Positions 1 through 9,302 of a DNA stretch of 64,000 nt are shown here, in pieces. Both the position numbers and the translations under genes were made by a program. Below the pieces are notes generated by a model. That model was given only the letters and a program-made list of their open reading frames with translations, had not been told where the DNA came from and did not search any database. The first letter of the stretch is position 1. Each line of letters begins with the position of its first letter. The DNA is from Deltaproteobacteria bacterium (lineage in GTDB: Bacteria; Desulfobacterota; Binatia; UBA12015). Location: contig JAYGCM010000012.1 in NCBI GenBank assembly GCA_046583355.1, positions 1 through 64,000 of the forward strand, read 5' to 3'.

Positions 1-287
1 AGCTGGTAATTGACCAGCGGCACCTTCTCCTCAAGCGAGACGCGGGTATTCTCACGTGCCCCCGGCATCATCAGAGTCAGGCCGACACCAAAAGGTTTCG
101 TGGTACGCTCGCGCACCTCGCGGATCGCCGCGCGTGTTTCATCGCCCGACAAAGGCCCAGTGGCAAGGATCCCCAGACCCCCGGCCTGCGAAACTGCCGC
201 CACCAGTTCCGGCTTCGAGATCCAACTCATGCCGGTCGACAAAACCGGGGCTTCGATTCCCATGAGATCCGTAAAGCGCGTGCGCAT
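1..287 (-). CDS. Nitronate monooxygenase / FabK-like flavoenzyme (5' part; runs off the window)
   Basis: Manual minus-strand translation from ATG at 287: MRTRFTDLMGIEAPVLSTGMSWISKPELVAAVSQAGGLGIL...KPFGVGL, a typical NMO N-terminus. Not in the ORF track. Confidence 0.8.
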   Translation of the reverse strand, partial: MRTRFTDLMGIEAPVLSTGMSWISKPELVAAVSQAGGLGILATGPLSGDETRAAIREVRERTTKPFGVGLTLMMPGARENTRVSLEEKVPLVNYQ

Positions 288-464
288 CCTGCTTTGATAA
301 CCGCAGCAGCGCCGCAGGGGAAACCACAGCGGCACCTGAGCCCCCGCAAATGCAAGGGCTCCGATAGGCCAACTCCGCGTGAATCCGCGAACATCCGCCA
401 CCCGCCGGCGGTGGTTCCTCTGCACCGGTACGCTCGGGCCATCAGATCTGATCGATTCCCAGCG

Positions 465-898
465 ATGGAAGATGTTGCCGAGATCGTCGCGGGCGCCCGC
501 GCGCTTTACGGCACACGACTGCTCGGCGTCGCGCTCTTTGGCTCGCGCGTGGGTGGCCAGCCACGCGAAGACTCGGATCTGGATATCGCCGTCTGGCTCG
601 AGCCGGGATTTACCCGATCCACCAGCTGGCTGCCGTGGTCGAGCACTTCGGCAACCACAACCCGACCCTCGACCCGACCTTCCTGACCGCCCATTCGCTG
701 GAGGAGCCGCCCTCCTGGATGCTCGAAGCCCTGCGCAACGGCATCACCGTGGTTTTCGATCCGACAAACAACTTTCAGGCCGCGCTCGACAACGTCGCAG
801 AGCGAAGCGATGTCACGACAGTCCTCGCCGACCTTCTGCGGGTCCTCAAGTTCATCGCGGCGGCCTTCGCTCGCGATGGTGCGCCGCCGGTCATCTGA
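465..898 (+). pseudogene. Minimal nucleotidyltransferase (MNT, Pol-beta fold), frameshifted near 635
   Basis: LFGSRVGGQPREDSDLDIAVW (GS-x10-DxD) in ORF 294..686. The domain continues in another frame (635..898, VEHFG...ALRNGITVVFDP). One extra G at tggtc would join the two. Confidence 0.65.
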
Positions 899-1082
899 TC
901 CCGACAAAACTCACGGCAGCGAGTCCCGCCAGGGCCGCAGGAAAGATACGGCATCTACGCTCGCCTGCACCTTGGAGCCGTGCGATATTTGGGTGGTGGA
1001 AAATCCAATCCGCACCGACGCCCCACCCAGCCTTGCGGCCGAAACAATCGCTGTCGGCCAGGCCGTCCCCGCACCGGTGGAA

Positions 1083-1514
1083 ATGCATCCTCCGATTGCG
1101 CCTGTCCAATCCGAGATCATGGTCGAATCGGTGAATGCCGTACTGGGTTCGGTCGAGCGCCTAGGCGACTGGGAGGCCGCCGACGAGCTGCGCATTCGGG
1201 CCATTGGCGGCGCCATCCACCTGGACTTTACACAAGCGACAATGCCGCTGAACGGCACAGTCGAAATTCACATCCAATGCATTGCCGGTGACGTGAAAAT
1301 TACCGTACCCGAGGACGCCGATGTCGTATTGGAGGCGACCCCGATCCTCGGCAGCGTGGAGCAGAGACTGGGCGGCACGCAACGCACGCCGCATGACCCT
1401 GCGGACTCCGCCGGCCGCGGTGGCTTGGCGGAGGAGGCATCGACAGAGCGGCCACCATCCTTCCTGATCTTCGGCACTGCCCTATGCGGAACCATCCGAA
1501 TACTCTCCGGTTAG
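1083..1514 (+). CDS. LiaF/DUF2154-like beta-rich domain protein (C-terminal domain of DUF1707-type proteins); start uncertain
   Basis: NAVLGSVERLGDW...AIGGAIHLDFTQA...GDVKITVPEDADV...ILGSV pattern in ORF 810..1514. Confidence 0.55.
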   Translation: MHPPIAPVQSEIMVESVNAVLGSVERLGDWEAADELRIRAIGGAIHLDFTQATMPLNGTVEIHIQCIAGDVKITVPEDADVVLEATPILGSVEQRLGGTQRTPHDPADSAGRGGLAEEASTERPPSFLIFGTALCGTIRILSG

Positions 1515-1532
1515 AGGCCCGGCCAGCAACGC

Positions 1533-1568
1533 AAAACCGCCACTCAGTAGGCACTGAGTGGCGGTTTT
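1533..1568. terminator. Bidirectional intrinsic terminator
   Basis: Perfect 16-bp inverted repeat AAAACCGCCACTCAGT-aggc-ACTGAGTGGCGGTTTT between a convergent CDS and tRNA-Glu. Confidence 0.85.
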
Positions 1569-1583
1569 CGCGAAAAAATATAG

Positions 1584-1658
1584 CGACCCCGACGGGATTT
1601 GAACCCGTGTTGCCGGCGTGAAAGGCCGGTGTCCTTGGCCAACCTAGACGACGGGGTC
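1584..1658 (-). tRNA. tRNA-Glu(TTC)
   Basis: Cloverleaf with acceptor GACCCCG/CGGGGTC, anticodon arm CCGGC-CTTTCAC-GCCGG and GGTTCAAATCC T arm; no encoded CCA. Confidence 0.97.
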
Positions 1659-1774
1659 GTGTGTCGCGTTGCCCCGGAGTGTTACTGGCCAGCGCTTGCT
1701 GTCGCAAGGCGGGTTGGCTGCGATTTTGCCCAGTTCGCAAGCAATGCGGCCGGCGCTTTGATCGCATAGGCCGC

Positions 1775-2128
1775 TCAAAGCGCGCGGCCGAAGAGCGTTC
1801 CCGCCCAGACTGACAGCAGAGGCAGCAGGATAGTCATCGCCATATACGTCAGCGCTGCGAGGACCCGGCCGGCGCGGCCGAGCACCACGGTCTGCCAGGC
1901 GAAGCTGGAGAGGGTTGTCAGCGTGCCGCAAAAACCGGTGACGAGTAACGAGCGCCAATGCTCGGTGGGCTCGAGGGCGGTGATAATCACACCCAACGCG
2001 AATGCTCCGGCGGTGTTCACCAGCAGGGTCGACCAGGGAAACGCGCTCGGCTGGCGGGTGAGAAAGAGGCGCAATATTGCGGCAATGCCGCCGCCAATCG
2101 CGAGGGCGAGTAGAGTCGCGGCACTCAT
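1775..2128 (-). CDS. crcB: Fluoride channel Fluc/CrcB (second copy)
   Basis: MSAATLLALAIGGG...FPWSTLLVNTAG...GFCGTLTTLSSF; about 4 TM; ATGA overlap with the upstream copy. Confidence 0.88.
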   Translation of the reverse strand: MSAATLLALAIGGGIAAILRLFLTRQPSAFPWSTLLVNTAGAFALGVIITALEPTEHWRSLLVTGFCGTLTTLSSFAWQTVVLGRAGRVLAALTYMAMTILLPLLSVWAGTLFGRAL

Positions 2129-2619
2129 AGGTCCGACTCCCCGCGGCGACCGGGCGCTCCGCTCCGGGGTGCGCCATCTCCAGCTTTGGCGCGGTCGATC
2201 CCGCCCGCGCCGTCGGCACCTTCCTCCAGCGGACGCAGCGCCACCCACTTGGCTTCGGCGGCCTTGCCCAGCACGCGGCCGAAGAAAGCAGCGAAGACCG
2301 CAGCGGCTACCGTCAGCACGGCGTATTGCATGGCGGCGGCGAGCTGGCCGGTCTCGAGGAGGCGCAGGAGAATATAGCTCCAGGTCGATACGGTCGTCAG
2401 GCCGCCGCAGAAGCCGACGGCATTGAAGTCGCGCATATGTGGGTGCAGGAGACGCTCGAAGCGCAGGATGAAGCCGATCAGGAACGAGCCGGCGACGTTC
2501 ACCAGCAAGAGGGCCTCGTCGGGGCCGAGGCCGGAATGCAGCAGGGCCCACTCGCGGACAAGGGCTCCCGCCGCGCCGCCGAGAGCGACCCAGAAAATCT
2601 GTGACGTACTCGACGGCAT
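2125..2619 (-). CDS. crcB: Fluoride channel Fluc/CrcB (first copy)
   Basis: VALGGAAGALVR...LVNVAGSFLIG...GFCGGLTTVSTW. Confidence 0.88.
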   Translation of the reverse strand: MPSSTSQIFWVALGGAAGALVREWALLHSGLGPDEALLLVNVAGSFLIGFILRFERLLHPHMRDFNAVGFCGGLTTVSTWSYILLRLLETGQLAAAMQYAVLTVAAAVFAAFFGRVLGKAAEAKWVALRPLEEGADGAGGIDRAKAGDGAPRSGAPGRRGESDL

Positions 2620-2631
2620 GGCAGGAAGAAG

Positions 2632-2706
2632 TGGGCCGCCTGGGACTCGAACCCAGGACCCTTCGCTTAAAAGGCGAATGCTCTAACCGGGCTGAGCTAG
2701 CGGCCC
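2632..2706 (-). tRNA. tRNA-Lys(TTT)
   Basis: GGGCCGCTAGCTCAG...TTCGC-CTTTTAA-GCGAA...GGTTCGAGTCC...GCGGCCCA. Confidence 0.97.
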
Positions 2707-2771
2707 TTCTTGCCCGCGTGGGTATAGCGAGCGAAATGCCTTCCGGGAAGGGGGGGCTTCGCAGCCGCCGA

Positions 2772-3200
2772 TCAGGAGGTCGCGGAAGCGGGCGGCTCAG
2801 GCGGTGGAGCGTCGTCGGTGGTGGTGGCGCCCAGGTGGAGCTCCAATTTCTCGCGCACCAGGTCCGGGTCGACCACGGGCTTGGCGAGGTAGTCGGTGCA
2901 ACCGTTCGCCAGCGCCTTCTGTTCGTCGCCCGCCATGGCCTGTGCCGTGAGTGCGATGATGGGAATTTCGCGGCCAACTTCCAGGGCGCGGATGCGGCGG
3001 GTCGCCTCCCAGCCGTCCATGATGGGCATTTTGAGGTCCATGAAGATGAGGTCGGGCGGGTTTGCCTCGACCGCGGCCACTGCCTCTTCGCCATTGGCTA
3101 CTTCGACGATATCGAATTCAGCGATTTTCTTCAGACGATAGAGGAGGATCCGGCGATTGTCCTCATTGTCTTCCACTACGAGAATGCGTTTGCCTGTCAT
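2772..3200 (-). CDS. Single-domain response regulator (DivK/CheY-like)
   Basis: ILVVEDNEDN...DLIFMDLKMPIMDG...IIALTA...YLAKP. Confidence 0.92.
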   Translation of the reverse strand: MTGKRILVVEDNEDNRRILLYRLKKIAEFDIVEVANGEEAVAAVEANPPDLIFMDLKMPIMDGWEATRRIRALEVGREIPIIALTAQAMAGDEQKALANGCTDYLAKPVVDPDLVREKLELHLGATTTDDAPPPEPPASATS

Positions 3201-3291
3201 GTACCTGAATCCACTTCTTAGGAAGGCCACTTTATAAGGGAAATCCCTGATCATAATGGCAGGCATTCCACCCTCTTGCTAGTCCCGGAAG

Positions 3292-4704
3292 GTGAGCGAG
3301 ATCCGTACCCGATTTGCCCCCAGTCCCACCGGTATGCTGCATGTCGGCGGCGTCCGAACCGCACTCTTCAGCTGGCTTTTTGCCCGGCATCATGGTGGCA
3401 CCTTTGTGCTACGCATTGAAGATACCGACCAAAAGCGGTCGCGTCCGGAATTCTCCGAAGGCATCATCGAGGCAATGGAGTGGCTGGGCCTGAAAGCCGA
3501 TGAAGGCCCGCTCTTCCAATCCGAGCGTGGCGACATCTACGCCGCCGCAATCGAAAAACTCCTCGCCACGGGCCACGCCTACCGCTGCACCTGTACGGCC
3601 GAAGAGCTTACGACCAAACGCGAGAGCGCCAAGGCCGCCGGACAAGGCTTTGCCTATGACCGCCATTGTCGCCCCGGTTTCGGACCGGGGCCGCTGGCCG
3701 ATCGCCCCGCCAGTATCCGCTTCGCAGCACCTGTCGAGGGCAAGGTGACGATCGAAGATGCCGTCAAGGGCTCGATTGTAGTCAACAATACCGAGATCGA
3801 CGATTTCATCATCGCACGCTCCGATGGCAGCGCGACCTATCATCTCGTCGTGACGGTCGACGATATCGATATGAAGATCAGCCATGTCATCCGCGGCGAC
3901 GACCATATCAACAATACGACCAAACAGATCCACATCTACCTGGCACTCGGTGCGGCGCTGCCGACCTTCGCCCACCTGCCCCAAGTGCTCGGCAAGGACA
4001 AGGCGCGACTCTCGAAGCGCCACGGCGCGACCGATGTGCTGGCCTACCGCGATGCGGGTTATTTCCCCGACGCTTTGGTGAATTTTCTGGCGCGCCTCGG
4101 CTGGTCGCATGGCGACCAGGAGATCTTTTCATCAGCGGAGCTGGTCGATCTCTTCTCCTTGGAGTCCATCGGACACTCCGCGGGTGTCTTCGATCTAGAG
4201 AAGCTCGAATGGCTCAACTTCGAATATCTGAAGGCACGCCCGGCCGAGCAGCTCGCGGATGAACTAAAAAAGTTCCTTGCGCGGCGTGGCGAGACGCTGC
4301 CGGGCGACTTGGCCTGGCAGGCAAAGATGGTCATATCCCTGCAAGAAAGGGCCAGGAACCTCGTCCAGCTGGCCGATTCTTGTCGCTATTTCATCGACGA
4401 TGAAATTCGTTTCGACGACAAGGCGGTCCATAAACACCTCACGCCGGAGTCCGGCGCCCTGCTCCACCTGCTGGCCGATCGGCTGGAAGCTACCGAAGGC
4501 TGGAAACCGGAGCGCCTCGAAGAGACCTTGCGCGGTCTGGTCACGGAAAAAGAGATCAAGCTCGGCCAACTCGCCCAGCCCGTGCGTGTCGCTTGCACAG
4601 GCGGCACCGTCAGCCCGGGAATCTTCGAGGTGCTCGACATTCTCGGCCGCGAGCGCTCCTTGGCGCGTCTGCGCGCCGGCGCCGAACTCGCTCTCGCAAG
4701 CTGA
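3292..4704 (+). CDS. gltX: Glutamate--tRNA ligase
   Basis: RTRFAPSPTGMLHVGG, LRIEDTD, VIRGDDH, RLSKRHG. Confidence 0.97.
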   Translation: MSEIRTRFAPSPTGMLHVGGVRTALFSWLFARHHGGTFVLRIEDTDQKRSRPEFSEGIIEAMEWLGLKADEGPLFQSERGDIYAAAIEKLLATGHAYRCTCTAEELTTKRESAKAAGQGFAYDRHCRPGFGPGPLADRPASIRFAAPVEGKVTIEDAVKGSIVVNNTEIDDFIIARSDGSATYHLVVTVDDIDMKISHVIRGDDHINNTTKQIHIYLALGAALPTFAHLPQVLGKDKARLSKRHGATDVLAYRDAGYFPDALVNFLARLGWSHGDQEIFSSAELVDLFSLESIGHSAGVFDLEKLEWLNFEYLKARPAEQLADELKKFLARRGETLPGDLAWQAKMVISLQERARNLVQLADSCRYFIDDEIRFDDKAVHKHLTPESGALLHLLADRLEATEGWKPERLEETLRGLVTEKEIKLGQLAQPVRVACTGGTVSPGIFEVLDILGRERSLARLRAGAELALAS

Positions 4705-4711
4705 GTCAGAG

Positions 4712-5737
4712 TCAGGAGCGGCGCGTATCGTCCAGCGCCTCATAGGCGAGGCGGCGGCCCTCGGCCAGGGCGCGCCGGCGCAACTCCACCCGGCGCTCGT
4801 CACTCGGCTCGCCGGCGGCACCCTGATCCGCGGGTGCGAGATGGCCGTACGGGTCGCCTCCTTTGGCGAAGACGAAAACATCGAAGAGGCGCTCGAAATG
4901 AGCGCGGTGCGGCTCGGGTAACTCGCGCAGCGCCAGCAGCCCCTGCCAGACGGCCGCCATCGCGCCCTTCATGCGGCGCGCATCCAGGTCGCTCCAGAAA
5001 TGCCGCACCATGCCGAAGGCCTCATCAGCCGAAAAGCCATGCCACCAATAGGTCGGCACAAAGAGCACATCACCCACAACCAAGTCGACTACCAGGGAGC
5101 GGTCGACCGCGGCCTGTGTGCGCGCGTCGGGTGGCGCCGCCGGGTCGAAGAGGCTGAGTGGCGCACCGAGATGGCTGCCCTCCAGCGGTCCCGGACGCAG
5201 CTCGGCGAGTTCCTCTGGGGTAAAGAGCCAGATGCGTTGGCGACCGAGAAAGAGCCAGGAGAGGCTATGGAATTGATCGAAATGAACATCTTCTCCGCTG
5301 GCATTGCCGAGCCAGAGCCGGCCGGGCACCTCGGGGCGCACCGAGAGCCGCGTGAGCGTATCCAGTTCCGGCAACACCTCATCAATCGGCGCCCCCTTTA
5401 CGAGCAGGCGCGTGCCGTCCGGGCGGCTTGCGAGCATCTCATCGATTACCTCGGCCAGAGGTCGGGCAACTGGGGACCATGCGGCGGCCAGACCGGCTTT
5501 GTCCGAGTGCGTCAGACGCCCGGCATATTCGGGCCCGATCTCAGCGCTGGCGACCTTGCGCTCGCCGGCACGCGCGCGCAGAATTCCGAGCAGTTCTTCG
5601 GGGTTCTCCCGCCCCGCACGCAGCAGCTGGGAATCCGGCTCCGGGTGGGCAAAAAGCACCGGGCGACCCGCGGCGACCAGTTCTTCAAGGGCGTCGAGCG
5701 ATTCGGGCGTCGGAATACGGTCAAGTTTTTGCGGCAC
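4712..5737 (-). CDS. JmjC/cupin-like domain protein (putative Fe(II)/2-OG oxygenase)
   Basis: LWLGN...VHFDQFH...GDVLFVPTYWWHG (HxD...H triad). Confidence 0.8.
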   Translation of the reverse strand: MPQKLDRIPTPESLDALEELVAAGRPVLFAHPEPDSQLLRAGRENPEELLGILRARAGERKVASAEIGPEYAGRLTHSDKAGLAAAWSPVARPLAEVIDEMLASRPDGTRLLVKGAPIDEVLPELDTLTRLSVRPEVPGRLWLGNASGEDVHFDQFHSLSWLFLGRQRIWLFTPEELAELRPGPLEGSHLGAPLSLFDPAAPPDARTQAAVDRSLVVDLVVGDVLFVPTYWWHGFSADEAFGMVRHFWSDLDARRMKGAMAAVWQGLLALRELPEPHRAHFERLFDVFVFAKGGDPYGHLAPADQGAAGEPSDERRVELRRRALAEGRRLAYEALDDTRRS

Positions 5738-5890
5738 CCCGGCGTTCTAACGGTGCCGGCGCCTCGGCACGAGCCGTAGCCAAGTTGCACGATAAAAGGG
5801 CCACGCATTGCGAGAGCCCGGAGCGTCCGCTACGGATGCTAGCGAATCGGCACGGGGAAACAGCCGCAATCCCGGGCCCTTTCGCTGTGT

Positions 5891-5963
5891 TGGGGCGTGG
5901 CCAAATTGGTAAGGCGCCGGATTCTGATACCGTAGATTGTAGGTTCGAGTCCTACCGCCCCAG
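5891..5963 (+). tRNA. tRNA-Gln(CTG)
   Basis: TGGGGCG/CGCCCCA acceptor (U1-A72), TTCTGAT anticodon loop, GGTTCGAGTCC; two mismatches in the anticodon stem. Confidence 0.92.
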
Positions 5964-5984
5964 CTCATTCGCAGAATTTACCGC

Positions 5985-6056
5985 GGCCCCATCGTCTAGT
6001 GGTTAGGACGCCGGCCTCTCACGCCGGAAACGGGGGTTCAAGTCCCCCTGGGGTCA
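5985..6056 (+). tRNA. tRNA-Glu(CTC)
   Basis: GGCCCCATCGTCTAG...CCGGC-CTCTCAC-GCCGG...GGTTCAAGTCC...TGGGGTCA. Confidence 0.97.
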
Positions 6057-6092
6057 CTTCTGCTGCACCGAGCGCTCTGGCGCTCGCCCGTT

Positions 6093-6392
6093 TCAGGAAG
6101 CGAGCGTCGTCGCCTTCGCCCGAAACTGCCAGTTCCGATCGCGCTTCACCTCAACGCCGATGCCGCGGCGGCGCAGCCGATCGAAGCGCTGCTGCACCCA
6201 ATAGAGGCCGTCATCCGTCGTGCCCTCGGGGACCGCGACCTCAAGCTGCGAGCCCGTTCCAGCCCAGAGTGCATCGGCGAAAAGCGTATCGACCTCGTAG
6301 GGCGTGAGCCAGCCGGTTCGCTCCGATGATTGGGTACCGCGGTGCCCCCCAGCCAAGCTCGCGCGGAAAGGAAAGACTTTCTGTTCGCTCAT
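6093..6392 (-). CDS. Hypothetical protein (about 99 aa)
   Basis: MSEQKVFPFRAS...; protein-like composition; no recognised motif. Confidence 0.6.
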   Translation of the reverse strand: MSEQKVFPFRASLAGGHRGTQSSERTGWLTPYEVDTLFADALWAGTGSQLEVAVPEGTTDDGLYWVQQRFDRLRRRGIGVEVKRDRNWQFRAKATTLAS

Positions 6393-6687
6393 GATCAATA
6401 TGCCCTCAACAAAACAAATTTCCCGCACGCGGGAATGGCCCGGTCGTGTCGACGATAAGGCTACGAAACCAACAATAATTTTAAGGTTGTCGGCGGCAAT
6501 CAGCAGCCGACGGGAAGAACGGGGAAACCTATTGGTAGCGAGCGAAGGAACCGGTGCCAAGAAAATTCGTCCGCGATCGCCTGTTTTCGTCGCCGCGCCG
6601 CGTCAAAGCGCGCATTTCCGGGGGCCCCGCATCGCCAACCCGGTCCGCGATTGACCGGTCGCCACCGGCTTCGTAGAAGTCGACATC

Positions 6688-7104
6688 ATGAGTTGCCTCT
6701 TCTGCCGTATCGTCGCCGGGGAAATCCCGGCCGAGATCATTGCCGAGTCCGAGCAGGCTTTGGCCTTCCTTGATGTAATGCCATTGGCCGACGGGCATAT
6801 ACTGGTTATCCCCCGCGAGCATGCCGCCACGGTTGAGGAAATGTCGGCCGACTCGGCGGCCGGCGTCTTTGCGCTCGCTACGAGCCTGGCAGGGCCGTTG
6901 CGCGCTGCGTTTGACGCCGCCGGTACGACCATCGGCGTGAACGACGGTGAGGTCACCGGGCAGACCGTTCCCCATATGCATGTGCATATCGTGCCCCGCT
7001 TTGCGGGCGACGGGGCCGGCAGCATCCACTCGATATTCAAGGCATCCGCGACCAAGCCCGCGGGACTCCCCGAGGTCGGCGCGCGGATCCGCAAGCAGAT
7101 CTGA
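6688..7104 (+). CDS. HIT family nucleotide hydrolase
   Basis: CLFCRIV N-terminus; GQTVPHMHVHIVPR histidine triad. Confidence 0.95.
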   Translation: MSCLFCRIVAGEIPAEIIAESEQALAFLDVMPLADGHILVIPREHAATVEEMSADSAAGVFALATSLAGPLRAAFDAAGTTIGVNDGEVTGQTVPHMHVHIVPRFAGDGAGSIHSIFKASATKPAGLPEVGARIRKQI

Positions 7105-7109
7105 GCGCC

Positions 7110-7186
7110 GAGGCCCGGCCCGAGGGCGCCGTGGCCCGGCCGGAAAAAAGAGCCGGGCCGAGAGCGTGCGCCCTCGACCCGGCCTC
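7110..7186. terminator. Nested GC-rich hairpin between convergent genes
   Basis: Outer imperfect repeat GAGGCCCGGCCCGAGGGCGC / GCGCCCTCGACCCGGCCTC; inner GGCCCGGC...GCCGGGCC around an A run. Confidence 0.55.
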
Positions 7187-7199
7187 AGTGATCGGGTCT

Positions 7200-7682
7200 T
7201 TAGAGATTTTCGAGAACCGACTCGGCGCTCGATACCGTCAGCCCAGGTCCTGGCTCAACCAGGAGCTTCTCAACTTTCCCGTCATTCAAGATCATCGCGA
7301 AGCGCTGGCCGCGTTGGCCCATGCCGAAGCCGGTGCCATCCATCGTGAGGCCGAGCGCGGTGGCCAGGTCGCCATTGCCATCGGCGAGCATGCGGACCTT
7401 ACCGGCCGCACCTTGGGCCTCGCCCCAGGCGCCCATGACAAACACGTCATTGACTGCGGTGCAGATGATTTCATCTACTCCCTTGGCCTTGATCGCCGCG
7501 GCTTGCTCGATGAAGCCGGGCAGATGCTTGGCCGAGCAGGTCGGCGTGAACGCACCGGGCACCGAGAAGAGAACGACCTTCTTGCCGCCGAGGAGCTTGT
7601 CGCTCGAGATCGGCGTCGGCGCGCCGTCAACCAATTCGGCAAGGCCCGTCGCCGGGACTGCCTGTCCTTCTTGAATCGCCAT
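7200..7682 (-). CDS. Peroxiredoxin, Prx5 (redoxin) family
   Basis: VPGAFTPTCSAKHLPGF; AVNDVFVMGAW; ATG at 7682. Confidence 0.95.
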   Translation of the reverse strand: MAIQEGQAVPATGLAELVDGAPTPISSDKLLGGKKVVLFSVPGAFTPTCSAKHLPGFIEQAAAIKAKGVDEIICTAVNDVFVMGAWGEAQGAAGKVRMLADGNGDLATALGLTMDGTGFGMGQRGQRFAMILNDGKVEKLLVEPGPGLTVSSAESVLENL

Positions 7683-7803
7683 TTTTCTGATCTCCCTGGG
7701 TTGGGGCAGCAGATCGCTGCCCCGCGCGGCCTGAGAGCCGGCGCTGCGCGTTTGGATAGCCCCCCCCTTCCCTCCCCACAACAAAGTTGGTTTAAGAGCT
7801 GTG

Positions 7804-9273
7804 ATGAAATTCTCAGCAAATATGCCGGCTGCCTTTCTTGTCCTGGCCCTTGGCTGCACGGCCGCGGTTCCCTACAAGGCCGCCGAGCCGATTGCGCCCG
7901 CCCCCATCCATGCCGCACGCGTGGTGGCGGCCATATCCGAAGCCGTACGCCTGCAGACCATCTCGGCGCGCAACCCCGAGGCGTTTGCGGAGATGAAGAA
8001 TCTACTGCGCCGCAGCTACCCCATGACCTTCGGCCGCCTCGGTGTCGAAGAAAATGGCCCGGGTTCCCTGCTGCTCACCTGGCAGGGCTCAGACGCGGAA
8101 CTCACGCCCTATCTTCTGATGGCACACCTCGATGTTGTACCCGTCGAAGCCGGGACCGAGTCCTTATGGAAATACCCACCCTTCTCCGGCGCCGTTGCGG
8201 AAGGCTACGTCTGGGGTCGCGGTACTCTGGACTGTAAATCGAGCGCCATCACGATACTGGCGGCCGTGGAAGACCTGATCGCGACCGGCTTCGTGCCACG
8301 CCGGACACTCTATATCGCCCTGGGCGACGACGAAGAGATCGGCGGCCGTACCGGCGCGGCGGTTCTTGCCAAGCGCCTGGAGGAGCGCGACGTGCGTTTC
8401 CTCTTCACCCTCGACGAGGGAATGGTGATCGCCACCGGCCTCCTGCCCGGACTCGACAGGCCGGCTGCCATCATCGGGGTGGCCGAAAAGGGCTATGTGA
8501 CGATGAAGCTCACGGCACGCGCAGCGGGTGGGCATTCCTCCATGCCACCGCCCAGCACTGCGGCCGGACGGCTCGCGCGCGCCATCGTTAGCATCGAAGA
8601 GCATCCGATGCCGGCCAGTCTCGATGGTCCGCCGCGCCAGACGCTTGAGGCGCTGGCACCCTATATCGGCGGTGCCACTGGCCTGGCGATTGCCGCCTTG
8701 CCGCTCACCGAAGGACTCATTTTATCGAACTATAACGAGTCGCCCGCCCAGGCCGCGCAGGTGCGCACGACCACCGCCGTCACCATGCTGAGTGCCGGCA
8801 CCAAGGAGAATGTTCTTCCGCAACGCGCCGAAGCGATCGTCAATTTCCGTCTTCGCCCCGGCGACACGGTCGACGATGTGCGCGCCCATCTCCGCTATGT
8901 GATCGAGGACGACACCATCGAGATCGACCAGATCGGCTTCGCCAGCGAACCGAGCCCGGTCACTTCGACCACCAGCACGGGCTACGAGCTGATCACGCGC
9001 TCGATCGAAGAGGTGTTCCCCGGAGTACTGATCGTACCGGGACTGGTGCTAGGCGGAACCGATACGCGCCATTTTGTGCATATGTCCGAGGCCAGCCTGC
9101 GCTTCGGCCCCATGCGTCTCGGGCGCGACGATATCGCGCGCGTGCACGGCACCAACGAGCGAATATCGACCGATAATCTAATCGAGATGGTCCGCTTCTA
9201 CCGCCGCGTCATTCAGAACGCCGACGCGCTGACGCCCGCCACCGAGCCTATGGCGAAGGGCTCGGCCTCTTAG
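7804..9273 (+). CDS. M20 metallopeptidase/amidohydrolase (PM20D1-like), probable lipoprotein
   Basis: LALGC lipobox; MAHLDVVP, WGRGTLDCK, DEEIGG, GGHSSMP, HGTNERI. Confidence 0.92.
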   Translation: MKFSANMPAAFLVLALGCTAAVPYKAAEPIAPAPIHAARVVAAISEAVRLQTISARNPEAFAEMKNLLRRSYPMTFGRLGVEENGPGSLLLTWQGSDAELTPYLLMAHLDVVPVEAGTESLWKYPPFSGAVAEGYVWGRGTLDCKSSAITILAAVEDLIATGFVPRRTLYIALGDDEEIGGRTGAAVLAKRLEERDVRFLFTLDEGMVIATGLLPGLDRPAAIIGVAEKGYVTMKLTARAAGGHSSMPPPSTAAGRLARAIVSIEEHPMPASLDGPPRQTLEALAPYIGGATGLAIAALPLTEGLILSNYNESPAQAAQVRTTTAVTMLSAGTKENVLPQRAEAIVNFRLRPGDTVDDVRAHLRYVIEDDTIEIDQIGFASEPSPVTSTTSTGYELITRSIEEVFPGVLIVPGLVLGGTDTRHFVHMSEASLRFGPMRLGRDDIARVHGTNERISTDNLIEMVRFYRRVIQNADALTPATEPMAKGSAS

Positions 9274-9302
9274 CCGCAGGAGGTCCGGCACCTCCAGGGC
9301 CG

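Noticed and set aside
2619..2640. Fluoride riboswitch upstream of crcB
   Set aside because: Only 12 nt separate tRNA-Lys from the crcB start, and no aptamer motif is present
1775..3094. 439-aa ORF that looks like a long CrcB fusion
   Set aside because: Its upstream part is an off-frame read through the response regulator, tRNA-Lys and the first crcB. The real gene starts at 2128.
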